Position numbers and translations under genes: made by a program. Positions 28,849 through 37,881 of a stretch of DNA of 64,000 nt are shown here, in pieces. A model generated the notes under the pieces. That model worked only from the letters and a program-made list of their open reading frames with translations. It did no database searches and was not told the origin of the DNA. Within the stretch, counting starts at the first letter, position 1. Each line of letters starts with the position of its first letter. Source of the DNA: Bacteroidales bacterium (GTDB lineage Bacteria; Bacteroidota; Bacteroidia; Bacteroidales; VadinHA17); contig JBEKFE010000006.1 of NCBI GenBank assembly GCA_050013475.1, forward strand, positions 30,892 to 94,891. The letters run 5' to 3'.

Positions 28849-29910
28849 ATGAAGCTTGAAGGAAAAAAGGAAATCTGGAAGGATTACCAGAAGGAGATAG
28901 CAAATGATAAATATTTTTATGTCAGAAGCTGCGTGAGGCAGAATTTCTTCCCAGGCTCTGAAACTGCATTTCTCAGGATCATGACTGAGGTCTTAAAGAA
29001 GGATATCTATGAACATCCATGCCATACTACCTGTACCGGTATCGGGTACCATGGAGATATTGTTCCCGTTGAAACAACTATGACTGTTGTAGCAAGGCAA
29101 TTTGCCCTTATGAATGAATCGGGTTATGAAAACCTTCTGCCTTCATGCATCACATCATTCGGTTTATATACGGAAATACTAGATACGTGGCATCATTTCC
29201 CTGAAGTTGAGGAGAAGGTAAGGGAAAACCTGAGAAAAGCAACGGGAAGGGAATTTAAGATCCCTAAAAACCTTGCTCATGCAAGTGATGTCATATATAA
29301 GTTCAGGAAAGAGATTGCTGCAAAAGCAAAATATAAGCTGATAAACAAGAACACTGGTGAGCCCCTTAAAGTGGTTGACCACATAGGCTGTCATTATGCC
29401 AAGATGTTCCCATCAAAGGGCGTTGGAGGTGCAGAATATCCCTATGTGCTTGCTGGGATGGTAGAGGAATGGGGAGGAGAGGTTATCGACTATCCCGAAA
29501 GAAGACACTGCTGCGGATTTGGATTCAGGCAGTACCTCGTTCAGGCCAACAGGGGCTTCTCTGTTGCATGCTCCAAAGCAAAGTTCGAGTCGATGAAACC
29601 TTACAAGCCCGATATGATCATTACAAACTGCCCCGGTTGTCCAATGTTTCTCGACAGATGGCAGTATGTGATAAAGGAAATGGAGGGTGTTGCCTACGGT
29701 AAGAATAACGAAGGGATACCGGTCTTCACATACGAGGAGGTTGCAGGGCTTGTACTCGGATACGACCCCTGGGATCTTGGCTTGCAGATGCATCAGACAG
29801 ACTGTGAACCTGTGCTGGAAAAAATGGGCATCGAATATTCACCTGAGGACAAGTTTAAATTAAAAAAGAGTCAGTTCTCTTCCAATCCTCATATTGTTGT
29901 AAATGGCTAA
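28849..29910 (+). CDS. hdrB: HdrB-like CCG-domain protein (sHdrB1-like)
   Basis: Degenerate first CCG (RSC..TTCTG..SCITSFG), intact second CCG (HIGCHY..CCGFGFR..NCPGC). Confidence 0.88.
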   Translation: MKLEGKKEIWKDYQKEIANDKYFYVRSCVRQNFFPGSETAFLRIMTEVLKKDIYEHPCHTTCTGIGYHGDIVPVETTMTVVARQFALMNESGYENLLPSCITSFGLYTEILDTWHHFPEVEEKVRENLRKATGREFKIPKNLAHASDVIYKFRKEIAAKAKYKLINKNTGEPLKVVDHIGCHYAKMFPSKGVGGAEYPYVLAGMVEEWGGEVIDYPERRHCCGFGFRQYLVQANRGFSVACSKAKFESMKPYKPDMIITNCPGCPMFLDRWQYVIKEMEGVAYGKNNEGIPVFTYEEVAGLVLGYDPWDLGLQMHQTDCEPVLEKMGIEYSPEDKFKLKKSQFSSNPHIVVNG

Positions 29911-30952
29911 AGAGATGGATAAGCATGTAGTGGTCATAGGAGGGGGGGTTGCAGGACTTGAGGCAGCCGGTCAGCTGGCAAATGCCGGGATAGAGGTCAG
30001 CCTCATTGAGAAGGAATCTTTAACAGGAGGTCACCTGAATGACTGGTACAGGTTATTTCCCGACAGGAGAGACAGCTCTGAAGTGAAAGCTTATTTTGAT
30101 GAACTCATTTCTCGTGGCGGCATATCGGTTCAGACAAATACCACGATTGAGGATTTTCATCATCATAAAAACCATTTTGACATCACAACAAGTGATGGTA
30201 AAAGCCTGAAAGCTGATGCTGTAATAGTTTCAACAGGGTTCGACCTTTTTAAAAGCTCTAAGAAAGAAGAATATGGCTACGGGATTTATGATAATGTAAT
30301 AACATCCGCTGATCTTGAGACTCTTTTTCGTAAAAATGCGATCAGAACACATAACGGTGCAGAACCGAAGAGGATCGGTATCGTCCATTGCGTCGGTTCA
30401 AGGGATGAAAAGATCGGGAACCTTTATTGTTCAAAGCTATGCTGCGTAACTGCAGTCAAGCAGGCAATCGAGATAAGGGAGCATCTTCCGGAATGCCAGG
30501 TATTCTGTTTTTATATGGACATGAGGATGGGCGGGGCTTATTATGAAGAATTATACAGAGAGGCTCAGGAAAAATGGGGGGTTAATTTTGTAAGAGGCAA
30601 AGTCTCTGAAGCAGGCGAGAATATTGATGGAAAGATAGTTGTAAAGGTTGAGGACACGCTTGCTGGCCGACCTCTCAAAATGGAGGTAGACATACTTGTC
30701 CTGATGGCAGGAATGGAGATCTCTGAAGGAGGTAAATCAATTGCAGAAAAAACCGGGCTTCTTAGAGGCGAGAACAGGTTCTTTTCACCGGCAGATCATC
30801 ATTACGGGAATAACAGGAGCAATATTGAGGGTATTTTTTATGCAGGTACCTGCACAGCCCCGATGAATATTACCGAGACAATTTCCCACGCGCGTGCTGC
30901 GGTAACGGAAGTCGTAAATTATCTTGAAAGGGGCAGCAGGAAAAATGGATAA
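29903..30952 (+). CDS. hdrA: Short HdrA-like flavoprotein (FAD/TrxR domain + one [4Fe-4S])
   Basis: GGGVAG, EYGYG..NVITS, HCVGSRD..YCSKLCC, FYMDMR; no N-terminal or ferredoxin domains. Confidence 0.9.
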   Translation: MAKEMDKHVVVIGGGVAGLEAAGQLANAGIEVSLIEKESLTGGHLNDWYRLFPDRRDSSEVKAYFDELISRGGISVQTNTTIEDFHHHKNHFDITTSDGKSLKADAVIVSTGFDLFKSSKKEEYGYGIYDNVITSADLETLFRKNAIRTHNGAEPKRIGIVHCVGSRDEKIGNLYCSKLCCVTAVKQAIEIREHLPECQVFCFYMDMRMGGAYYEELYREAQEKWGVNFVRGKVSEAGENIDGKIVVKVEDTLAGRPLKMEVDILVLMAGMEISEGGKSIAEKTGLLRGENRFFSPADHHYGNNRSNIEGIFYAGTCTAPMNITETISHARAAVTEVVNYLERGSRKNG

Positions 30953-31289
30953 GTTTGGGTATACCATATCAAAACCAAGGATCATAGACTATGATCTGAA
31001 TGACCGAAGTATTGCAGGCTATATACTGGAACGGGAGAATAGTTTCAGAATATGCATAGAATGCGGAGGTTGCTCAGCAACCTGTACAACAGGTAAGTTT
31101 ACATCATTCAGCCTGAGGGAGCTTCACATTCTTATGAAAAGAGGTGAAAATGAAAAGCCGCGTGAAAAAATCAGGGAGTGTATGCTATGCGGCAAATGCA
31201 CTCTGGTTTGTCCACGGGGCGTGAATACACGAAATGTTATTTTCCTTGCCAGGGAGGCATTCAGAAAACTTGACAACCATGCGCTTTGA
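30945..31289 (+). CDS. Small HdrC-like 2x[4Fe-4S] protein
   Basis: CIECGGCSATC and CMLCGKCTLVCP; ATG overlaps the hdrA stop. Confidence 0.85.
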   Translation: MDKFGYTISKPRIIDYDLNDRSIAGYILERENSFRICIECGGCSATCTTGKFTSFSLRELHILMKRGENEKPREKIRECMLCGKCTLVCPRGVNTRNVIFLAREAFRKLDNHAL

Positions 31290-33183
31290 TCCATTTGTAA
31301 TACCATTTAATATCGGACTATACTTTATAATCATATATAGTGTGGTCAGATGTGTCAGGTGGTTTACAGAACTTTCACGGGCAGATAAATTAAGGTTGCA
31401 GAGAGGGTTTTTCGGACGATCATTCAGCGCCAGTATAAAAGAGGTATTCCTTGAAAGTCTCATTCACAGGAAAATACTTAAGACCAATCCGAGGCTTGGT
31501 TATATGCATATGAGCCTTGCATTCGGGTGGTTCCTCCTTATCCTGTTCGGTACCATTGAAGCGGATGTTTTCGGACTCAGGCATCTCAACCCGCCATCCC
31601 ATGCTATATTTTTCAGATTCTTCAATCCCGACCTTGGAACTTCAGGCTTCGGAGCAGCATATTCATTCCTGATGGACCTGATACTTGCCTTTATCCTGTC
31701 CGGACTTTTCCTTGCAATTCTGAAAAGGTTCACTCCGAAGGCGGTTGGTATGAAGAAGACTACCAGGCTGAAGATCAGGGATAAGGTGGCTCTTACGGCT
31801 TTATGGCTTATCTTCCCGAGCAGGCTTATGGCAGAGAGTCTGACCTGCGGAGCCCACGGCACAGGAAGCTTTCTTACAGGGACACTGGGCTCATTCTTCG
31901 GCTCATTCCTGCCGGCACATCAGCTTGCCTATCCATTCTGGTGGTTATATTCACTCTCCCTGGGTACTTTTTTCATTCTTCTGCCGGTAACAAGATATAT
32001 GCATATTCCTACTGAAATATTTCTGATCTTCATGAGGAATTCGGGCATCCGCACGGGAGACAAAACAGGGTCATTTTCGGAAGTTGAAGTTCACTCCTGC
32101 TCATCCTGCGGGATATGCATAGACAAATGTCAGCTAAATTACAGTGCAGGTATTACCCATATACAATCTGCCTACCTGATGAAGGCAATAAGGAATGATG
32201 GTGATGCATGCGAAATAGCCCGTAACTGCCTGATGTGCGGGAGATGCGAGGAGTCATGTCCTGTCGGCTTAGAAATGTCGGCTATTCGAATGATACAAAG
32301 AAGGGAAGGAGAGAGGAATGGAGAATTCAGGAACATATGGAAAGGATATTATCGTGTCAGACAAGCGCCGATTACGGTAAAACACGCCGAAACTTCCCCG
32401 TACGCATTTCTCCCGGAATGTAAAACAGGGAAGGCTGATGTTATATATTTTGCAGGTTGCATGACGCATCTTACACCTGCGATAAAAAATTCAATGCTAA
32501 GAATATTCAAGGCTGCAAATGAGAAGTTCCTTTTTATGGACAATGAAGGAGGGGTATGCTGCGGCAGGCCGTTGATGCTTGCCGGGCAGGAGAAGGAGGC
32601 AAGGGAGCTGATTAACTTCAATTCAGACATAATCTGGAAATCAGGGGCTCAAACGCTTGTAACTTCATGTCCGATCTGCTATAAGGTATTTCGTGAAAGC
32701 TACTACCTCGATGTTGAAGTGCTTCACCATACGCAGTACATCAAGAGACTTATAGATGAAAAGACGGTAAGGATAAACTATTCGAGAAAGAAAATAGTAT
32801 ATCACGATCCATGCGAACTTGGAAGAGGTTCCGGAATTTATGAAGAACCCCGTAAAATTCTGGAACATGTTGCAGTACTTCAAAAGACAGGCCATGAAGG
32901 AGCAGATTCATTATGCTGCGGGGGAAGCCTTGCAAACCTGAAGATCGATCAGAAAGGAAGGAGAAGGATAGCTTCGGATGTGGTTGCAGTTCTTACCTCG
33001 GGAAAGCCCGATATTCTTGCAACTGCATGTCCGATGTGTAAAAAGATACTTTCAGCCATGACAGACACCAGGGTAGCTGATATAGCTGAGATAGTTGCAG
33101 AAGAGATATCCGATATCCAAAAGAAGAAGAGCATAACATCCGGACTGAATATCAGGGAACTGGTTGATATTTCTCTTCAGTGA
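31279..33183 (+). CDS. Membrane-bound HdrE/HdrD-like fusion: NarI-type TM domain + 2x[4Fe-4S] + two CCG domains
   Basis: About 5-6 TM helices with YMH motifs; CSSCGICIDKC and CLMCGRCEESCP; FAGC..CCG..SCPIC and HDPC..CCGG..ACPMC; likely start MRFDPF. Confidence 0.88.
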   Translation: MRFDPFVIPFNIGLYFIIIYSVVRCVRWFTELSRADKLRLQRGFFGRSFSASIKEVFLESLIHRKILKTNPRLGYMHMSLAFGWFLLILFGTIEADVFGLRHLNPPSHAIFFRFFNPDLGTSGFGAAYSFLMDLILAFILSGLFLAILKRFTPKAVGMKKTTRLKIRDKVALTALWLIFPSRLMAESLTCGAHGTGSFLTGTLGSFFGSFLPAHQLAYPFWWLYSLSLGTFFILLPVTRYMHIPTEIFLIFMRNSGIRTGDKTGSFSEVEVHSCSSCGICIDKCQLNYSAGITHIQSAYLMKAIRNDGDACEIARNCLMCGRCEESCPVGLEMSAIRMIQRREGERNGEFRNIWKGYYRVRQAPITVKHAETSPYAFLPECKTGKADVIYFAGCMTHLTPAIKNSMLRIFKAANEKFLFMDNEGGVCCGRPLMLAGQEKEARELINFNSDIIWKSGAQTLVTSCPICYKVFRESYYLDVEVLHHTQYIKRLIDEKTVRINYSRKKIVYHDPCELGRGSGIYEEPRKILEHVAVLQKTGHEGADSLCCGGSLANLKIDQKGRRRIASDVVAVLTSGKPDILATACPMCKKILSAMTDTRVADIAEIVAEEISDIQKKKSITSGLNIRELVDISLQ

Positions 33184-33347
33184 TCGAACTCGGCCTCCCC
33201 CGTTCGTTGATCCCATCTTGCGTAACTTTTAAAAAAATCATTTTTTTCAGAATAATTAAAATATTTAGTCTTATTTTGTCGTTTGTTTGATGTAGTTCGA
33301 AAGTTGCAAGAGGTATCACAATTCTCTTTTATTAATAAACGAAGGAA

Positions 33348-33890
33348 ATGAGGCAGCGCCTGGTAATACCAATAATAGTATCATTTATTATCATTTGTGC
33401 TTCATGTGCTGATTCAGAGAATGGGAAAGGCAAAACCTCAGCAAACAAAATCACCCAGCAGGCAGACGGTACGATCTCACTTAATTTCGACAAGGCATCA
33501 TTTTACAACTGTGAAACTGATCCTTCAAACAATACCGCCGAATGGAATTTTGTCGTTTCACAGCCGGGCAGATATGGAGTGTGGTTATCTACCGCAACCA
33601 CGGACACAATGAACCTGAGGTATGCAAGCTCAGTCAAGATCAATCTTCAGGATGAGCGAATTGAGGCCAGGCCTGTCGGCGATAAGATCGTACTTAATGC
33701 AAGCGATGTCAAATACCCTTATTACAGGGCTGATTCATATATGGGAACTTTCTATATCGAACAAGCGGGTGAGTACAGCATCCAGGTAATAAGCGAAAAA
33801 GTCATTCCGGTCGATAAGAAGGAAGATGCCGCTAAAAGCCAATGTCCTACAAGGATGATGTCAGTTATACTGACACCTATGACCCGGTAA
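33348..33890 (+). CDS. Hypothetical lipoprotein (possible CBM/galactose-binding-like fold)
   Basis: Lipobox CASC; TAEWNFVVSQPGRYGVWL beta-sandwich pattern. Confidence 0.65.
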   Translation: MRQRLVIPIIVSFIIICASCADSENGKGKTSANKITQQADGTISLNFDKASFYNCETDPSNNTAEWNFVVSQPGRYGVWLSTATTDTMNLRYASSVKINLQDERIEARPVGDKIVLNASDVKYPYYRADSYMGTFYIEQAGEYSIQVISEKVIPVDKKEDAAKSQCPTRMMSVILTPMTR

Positions 33891-33901
33891 ACAGATCTGT
33901 T

Positions 33902-36900
33902 TTATAAATTCTCGATCCACTTCCGGGCATTTACGAATGCCTGCATCCACGGCGTAACATCATCTTTTCTCCTGTCAGAAGGATAGTATCCGCACTGCCA
34001 TGGGAAATATGCTCTTTCAAGGTGAGGCATTGTTACAAGATGACGCCCATCATCTGAACATAATCCTGCTATGTCGTGATCTGATCCGTTGGGGTTGCCC
34101 GGGTAATCGTGCCTGCTGAATTTCATAGCGACATGATATCTGTTTTCCTCGTAAGGCAGGGAGAATCTTCCCTCCCCGTGAGCTACCCATATTCCGAGCT
34201 CCATCCCCGACAGATTGCCGAGCATCACGGAATGATTATCAGGAATTCTCACATTCAGGAAAGCTGATTCAAATTTATGAGACGCATTTAAAAGCAGCCT
34301 TGGCATTTCTTTGTGCCCGGGATATATAAGATCAAGCTCTGCCATTACCTGGCATCCGTTGCAGACTCCCAGTGAAAGAGTATCAGTTCTTTTATAATAG
34401 TTCTCAAGAGCTTTGCGTGCCTGTTCGTTATACCTGAATGCTCCGGCCCATCCCTTTGCAGATCCTAAAACATCGGAGTTTGAAAACCCGCCGACGAATA
34501 CGATCATGTTCATCTCTTCAAGGGTTTCTCTTCCGCTTATCAGGTCGGTCATGTGTACATCCTTTACATCAAACCCGGCAAGCCAGAGGGCATAAGCCAT
34601 CTCCCTGTCACCATTCACCCCTTTCTCCCTGATAATTGAGGCTTTTATGCCGCTTTTCCTTCTCCTGTCGGGGCTTATGCCAAGGGATTTGAATTTTCCG
34701 CTGAAATCCCGAAGATCAAATGCAAGCCCGTTGTTTTTATAGTTCCTGTATCTGTCAGAAGCTCTTTCTTCTCCACATTGCCTGCGATCGAGAAGGTAGG
34801 ATGATCTGAACCAGATATCTCTCATCTCATCTATATCAAAACTGTAGCTTTCATCACCATTGGTGACCAGCAGGTTCCTTTCCACAACCGGGTGTCCGAT
34901 CGAATAATAGGATATTCCATGTTCAAGAAGTATCTCTGCGACCTCATTTTCATCCTTAACCTGTATTACAATACCCGGGTTCTGGCTGAAAAGAATTTTT
35001 ACCGTATCGTCATTATTAAGGGCCGAAAGATTCACCGCAACGCCACCTGAAGTATTGGAGAAGCACATCTCCAGCAGCACGGTGAATAATCCTCCCGAAG
35101 AAATATCATGTCCGGCGAGGATCATCTCATTATTGATAAGTTGCTGTATGGTATTAAAGACTTCGGCAAAGTACGAAGGATCTTTTACTGTAGGTGCTTC
35201 ATTCCCAAGCCTGTTAAGCACCTGCCCGAAACAACTGCCGCCCAGCTTCATTTCATCCCGACTAAGATCGATATAAAGCAGGCTTGTGTAGGGATCATTA
35301 ACAATAACTGGTTCCACAATTTTCCTGATATCAGTGACCTCCCCGGCAGCTGAAATGATGACTGTGCCAGGTGAAAAAACCACCTGATCGGGATATTTCT
35401 GAGTCATTGACAGACTATCCTTTCCTGTAGGAATATTTATTTCGAGCTCAGTTGCGAAATTGGCTGCAGCATTTACGGCTTCATACAATCTGGCATCTTC
35501 ACCTGGATTCTTGCAGGGCCACATCCAGTTTGCTGACAATGATATGCCTTTAAGTCCATCTTTAATGGGTGCCCAGATTATATTGGTAAGCGCCTCAGCT
35601 ATTGAAAGGAGTGAACCAGCAGATGGATCTATAAGTCCTGCTGCCGGTGCATGTCCAAGCGAAGTGGCCATACCAGCACGGCCCCTGTAATCGAGTGTTA
35701 TTGCTCCAAGATTATTGAGCGGAAGCTGGAGCGGACCGGCACATTGCTGTTTTGCCAAACGACCCGTAACGGATCTGTCAACCTTATTGGTCAGCCAGTC
35801 CTTGCATGCCACCTCTTCAAGCTGTAAGACCAGAACGGCATACTCTTGTATTTGATCTTTACTATAAATGATCTCCCTGAATATCTGAGGTTCAGATCTG
35901 TCGGACATCACAGTTCTTGGGGGATTTCCAAAAAGCGAATCCACCTGGATATCAATAGGTTTTTCTCCGGTAGCCGGATTATAGAATGTGAACTGGTGGT
36001 CACCTGTTATTTCACCTATGACATAGAACGGAGCTCTTTCCCTTTCAGCGATCCGCCCCAGTATCTCGGCGTCTTTCTTCCTCAGGACAAGTCCCATTCT
36101 TTCCTGTGATTCGTTCCCTATAATCTCTTTTGCCGACAGGGTAGGATCTCCAACCGGCAGCTTGCTTATATCTATCTTTCCACCTGTGGCTTCAACAAGT
36201 TCAGAAAGGCAGTTCAGATGTCCGCCGGCACCATGGTCGTGGATAGAAATTACCGGGTTATTGTCACCTTCACATAAAGCTCTTATGGCATTATACACTC
36301 TTTTCTGCATTTCAGGATTTGCTCTCTGCACCGCATTAAGCTCAATTGAAGTGTCAAACTGTCCGGTATCCACTGAAGAGACCGCACCTCCACCCATTCC
36401 GATCCTGTAGTTGTCTCCGCCAAGAAGTATTACCAGATCTCCTTTTTCAGGAGTGCTCTTTACGCTGTCTTTTTTCTTGCCAAGGCCGATGCCTCCTGCA
36501 AGCATTATTACCTTGTCGTAGCCAAATTTTTTCAGATTTTCGAAATGTTCAAATGTAAGAACTGATCCGCATATAAGTGGCTGGCCAAACTTATTCCCGA
36601 AATCACTGGCTCCGTTCGATGCCTTCACAAGTATGTCCCCGGGAGTCTGGTAAAGCCATTTTCTTTCAGGAGTATTTTTCTCCCATGGGCGGTCGTCGGA
36701 AGATCTTGGATAGGATGTCATGTATACAGCAGTTCCTGCAATCGGGAACGCTCCTTTACCACCTGCAATACGGTCTCTGATCTCACCACCAGTTCCGGTA
36801 GATGCACCGTTGAAGGGTTCAACCGTAGTGGGAAAATTATGCGTTTCTGCCTTGAGCGACAGCACTGATTCAAAATCTTTGATCGTGAAGAAATCGGGCT

Positions 36901-37585
36901 TGTCCTGGGTCGCAGGTGCAAATTGCTCAACAACTGGTCCCTGGATAAAGGCACAGTTATCCTTGTAGGCTGATACAACCCCATTCCTGTTCAGATGAGT
37001 TGTGTTCTTTATCATTTGGAAAAGGGTGGATCCCTTCTCCACGCCGTCTATTACAAATATCCCGTTGAAAATTTTATGCCGGCAGTGTTCTGAATTCACC
37101 TGCGAAAATCCGAAAACTTCACTGTCGGTAAGCTTCCTTCCAAGTGATTTTGAGAGATCCTCAAGGTACTGTATTTCTTCTGCACTTAGGGCCAGCCCTT
37201 CTTTCAGATTATATTCACCTATATTGTCAATCTCAATAACAGGATCAGCTTCATGATTTATTTTAAATATTTCCTGGTCCAGGTCATAATAAACAGCCTG
37301 GAGCATAGGGTCGAAGCTGGGCTTTTGGGATTTTGAAAGAAAATACTCTTCGATCCTGGTTATACCCCTGATACCCATATTCTGGGTGATCTCCACAGCG
37401 TTTGTGCTCCACGGGGTGATCATCTCCTTTCTGGGACCAACATAGATGCCGTTGATAGTCTCCTTTTCCAGAAACTGAGCTTTCCCTAAAAGCCACAAGA
37501 GCTTTTCAACCTCTTTATCGGGCAGCTTAACTGAGGTGCCTACAGCAATGATGTTTTTGTAAGAATTTTCGAAAAAGATGATCAT
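33902..37585 (-). CDS. purL: Phosphoribosylformylglycinamidine synthase (large single-chain type)
   Basis: NSEHCRHKIF, KAETHNFPT, IHDHGAGG, NKVDRSV, glutaminase GVCNGCQ and MPHLER. Confidence 0.98.
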   Translation of the reverse strand: MIIFFENSYKNIIAVGTSVKLPDKEVEKLLWLLGKAQFLEKETINGIYVGPRKEMITPWSTNAVEITQNMGIRGITRIEEYFLSKSQKPSFDPMLQAVYYDLDQEIFKINHEADPVIEIDNIGEYNLKEGLALSAEEIQYLEDLSKSLGRKLTDSEVFGFSQVNSEHCRHKIFNGIFVIDGVEKGSTLFQMIKNTTHLNRNGVVSAYKDNCAFIQGPVVEQFAPATQDKPDFFTIKDFESVLSLKAETHNFPTTVEPFNGASTGTGGEIRDRIAGGKGAFPIAGTAVYMTSYPRSSDDRPWEKNTPERKWLYQTPGDILVKASNGASDFGNKFGQPLICGSVLTFEHFENLKKFGYDKVIMLAGGIGLGKKKDSVKSTPEKGDLVILLGGDNYRIGMGGGAVSSVDTGQFDTSIELNAVQRANPEMQKRVYNAIRALCEGDNNPVISIHDHGAGGHLNCLSELVEATGGKIDISKLPVGDPTLSAKEIIGNESQERMGLVLRKKDAEILGRIAERERAPFYVIGEITGDHQFTFYNPATGEKPIDIQVDSLFGNPPRTVMSDRSEPQIFREIIYSKDQIQEYAVLVLQLEEVACKDWLTNKVDRSVTGRLAKQQCAGPLQLPLNNLGAITLDYRGRAGMATSLGHAPAAGLIDPSAGSLLSIAEALTNIIWAPIKDGLKGISLSANWMWPCKNPGEDARLYEAVNAAANFATELEINIPTGKDSLSMTQKYPDQVVFSPGTVIISAAGEVTDIRKIVEPVIVNDPYTSLLYIDLSRDEMKLGGSCFGQVLNRLGNEAPTVKDPSYFAEVFNTIQQLINNEMILAGHDISSGGLFTVLLEMCFSNTSGGVAVNLSALNNDDTVKILFSQNPGIVIQVKDENEVAEILLEHGISYYSIGHPVVERNLLVTNGDESYSFDIDEMRDIWFRSSYLLDRRQCGEERASDRYRNYKNNGLAFDLRDFSGKFKSLGISPDRRRKSGIKASIIREKGVNGDREMAYALWLAGFDVKDVHMTDLISGRETLEEMNMIVFVGGFSNSDVLGSAKGWAGAFRYNEQARKALENYYKRTDTLSLGVCNGCQVMAELDLIYPGHKEMPRLLLNASHKFESAFLNVRIPDNHSVMLGNLSGMELGIWVAHGEGRFSLPYEENRYHVAMKFSRHDYPGNPNGSDHDIAGLCSDDGRHLVTMPHLERAYFPWQCGYYPSDRRKDDVTPWMQAFVNARKWIENL

Positions 37586-37715
37586 CTTGAATTTTTAAAG
37601 TATTATATATTAATTTATTAAACTGAAAGTTTGTAGATAAGGAATTTCGTCGTAAATATAGTACATGTTTTTATACTCTTTATTTGACAATGAAAAAGTC
37701 CGAGTATGAAAACGA

Positions 37716-37852
37716 TTAACCGCAGGGAACGCAAAGTTCCTCTATCCCGGTCAAAACCGTGATAGAGTAAAACGCAAAGGGCGCAGAGAAAAATCAAAAT
37801 TTATTATAACTCTGCGTTCTCTGCGTAAGATCTCCGCGTTCTCTGCGGTTAA
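37716..37852. repeat. Nested palindromic (MITE/REP-like) element
   Basis: Terminal IRs TTAACCGCAGGGAACGCAAAG / CTCCGCGTTCTCTGCGGTTAA; inner IR pair AACGCAAAGGGCGCAGAG / CTCTGCGTTCTCTGCGT; inserted hairpin CTCTATCCCGGT-caaa-ACCGTGATAGAG. Confidence 0.8.
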
Positions 37853-37881
37853 AAAGATTTAAAAGAACATTTTCTCTTTTG

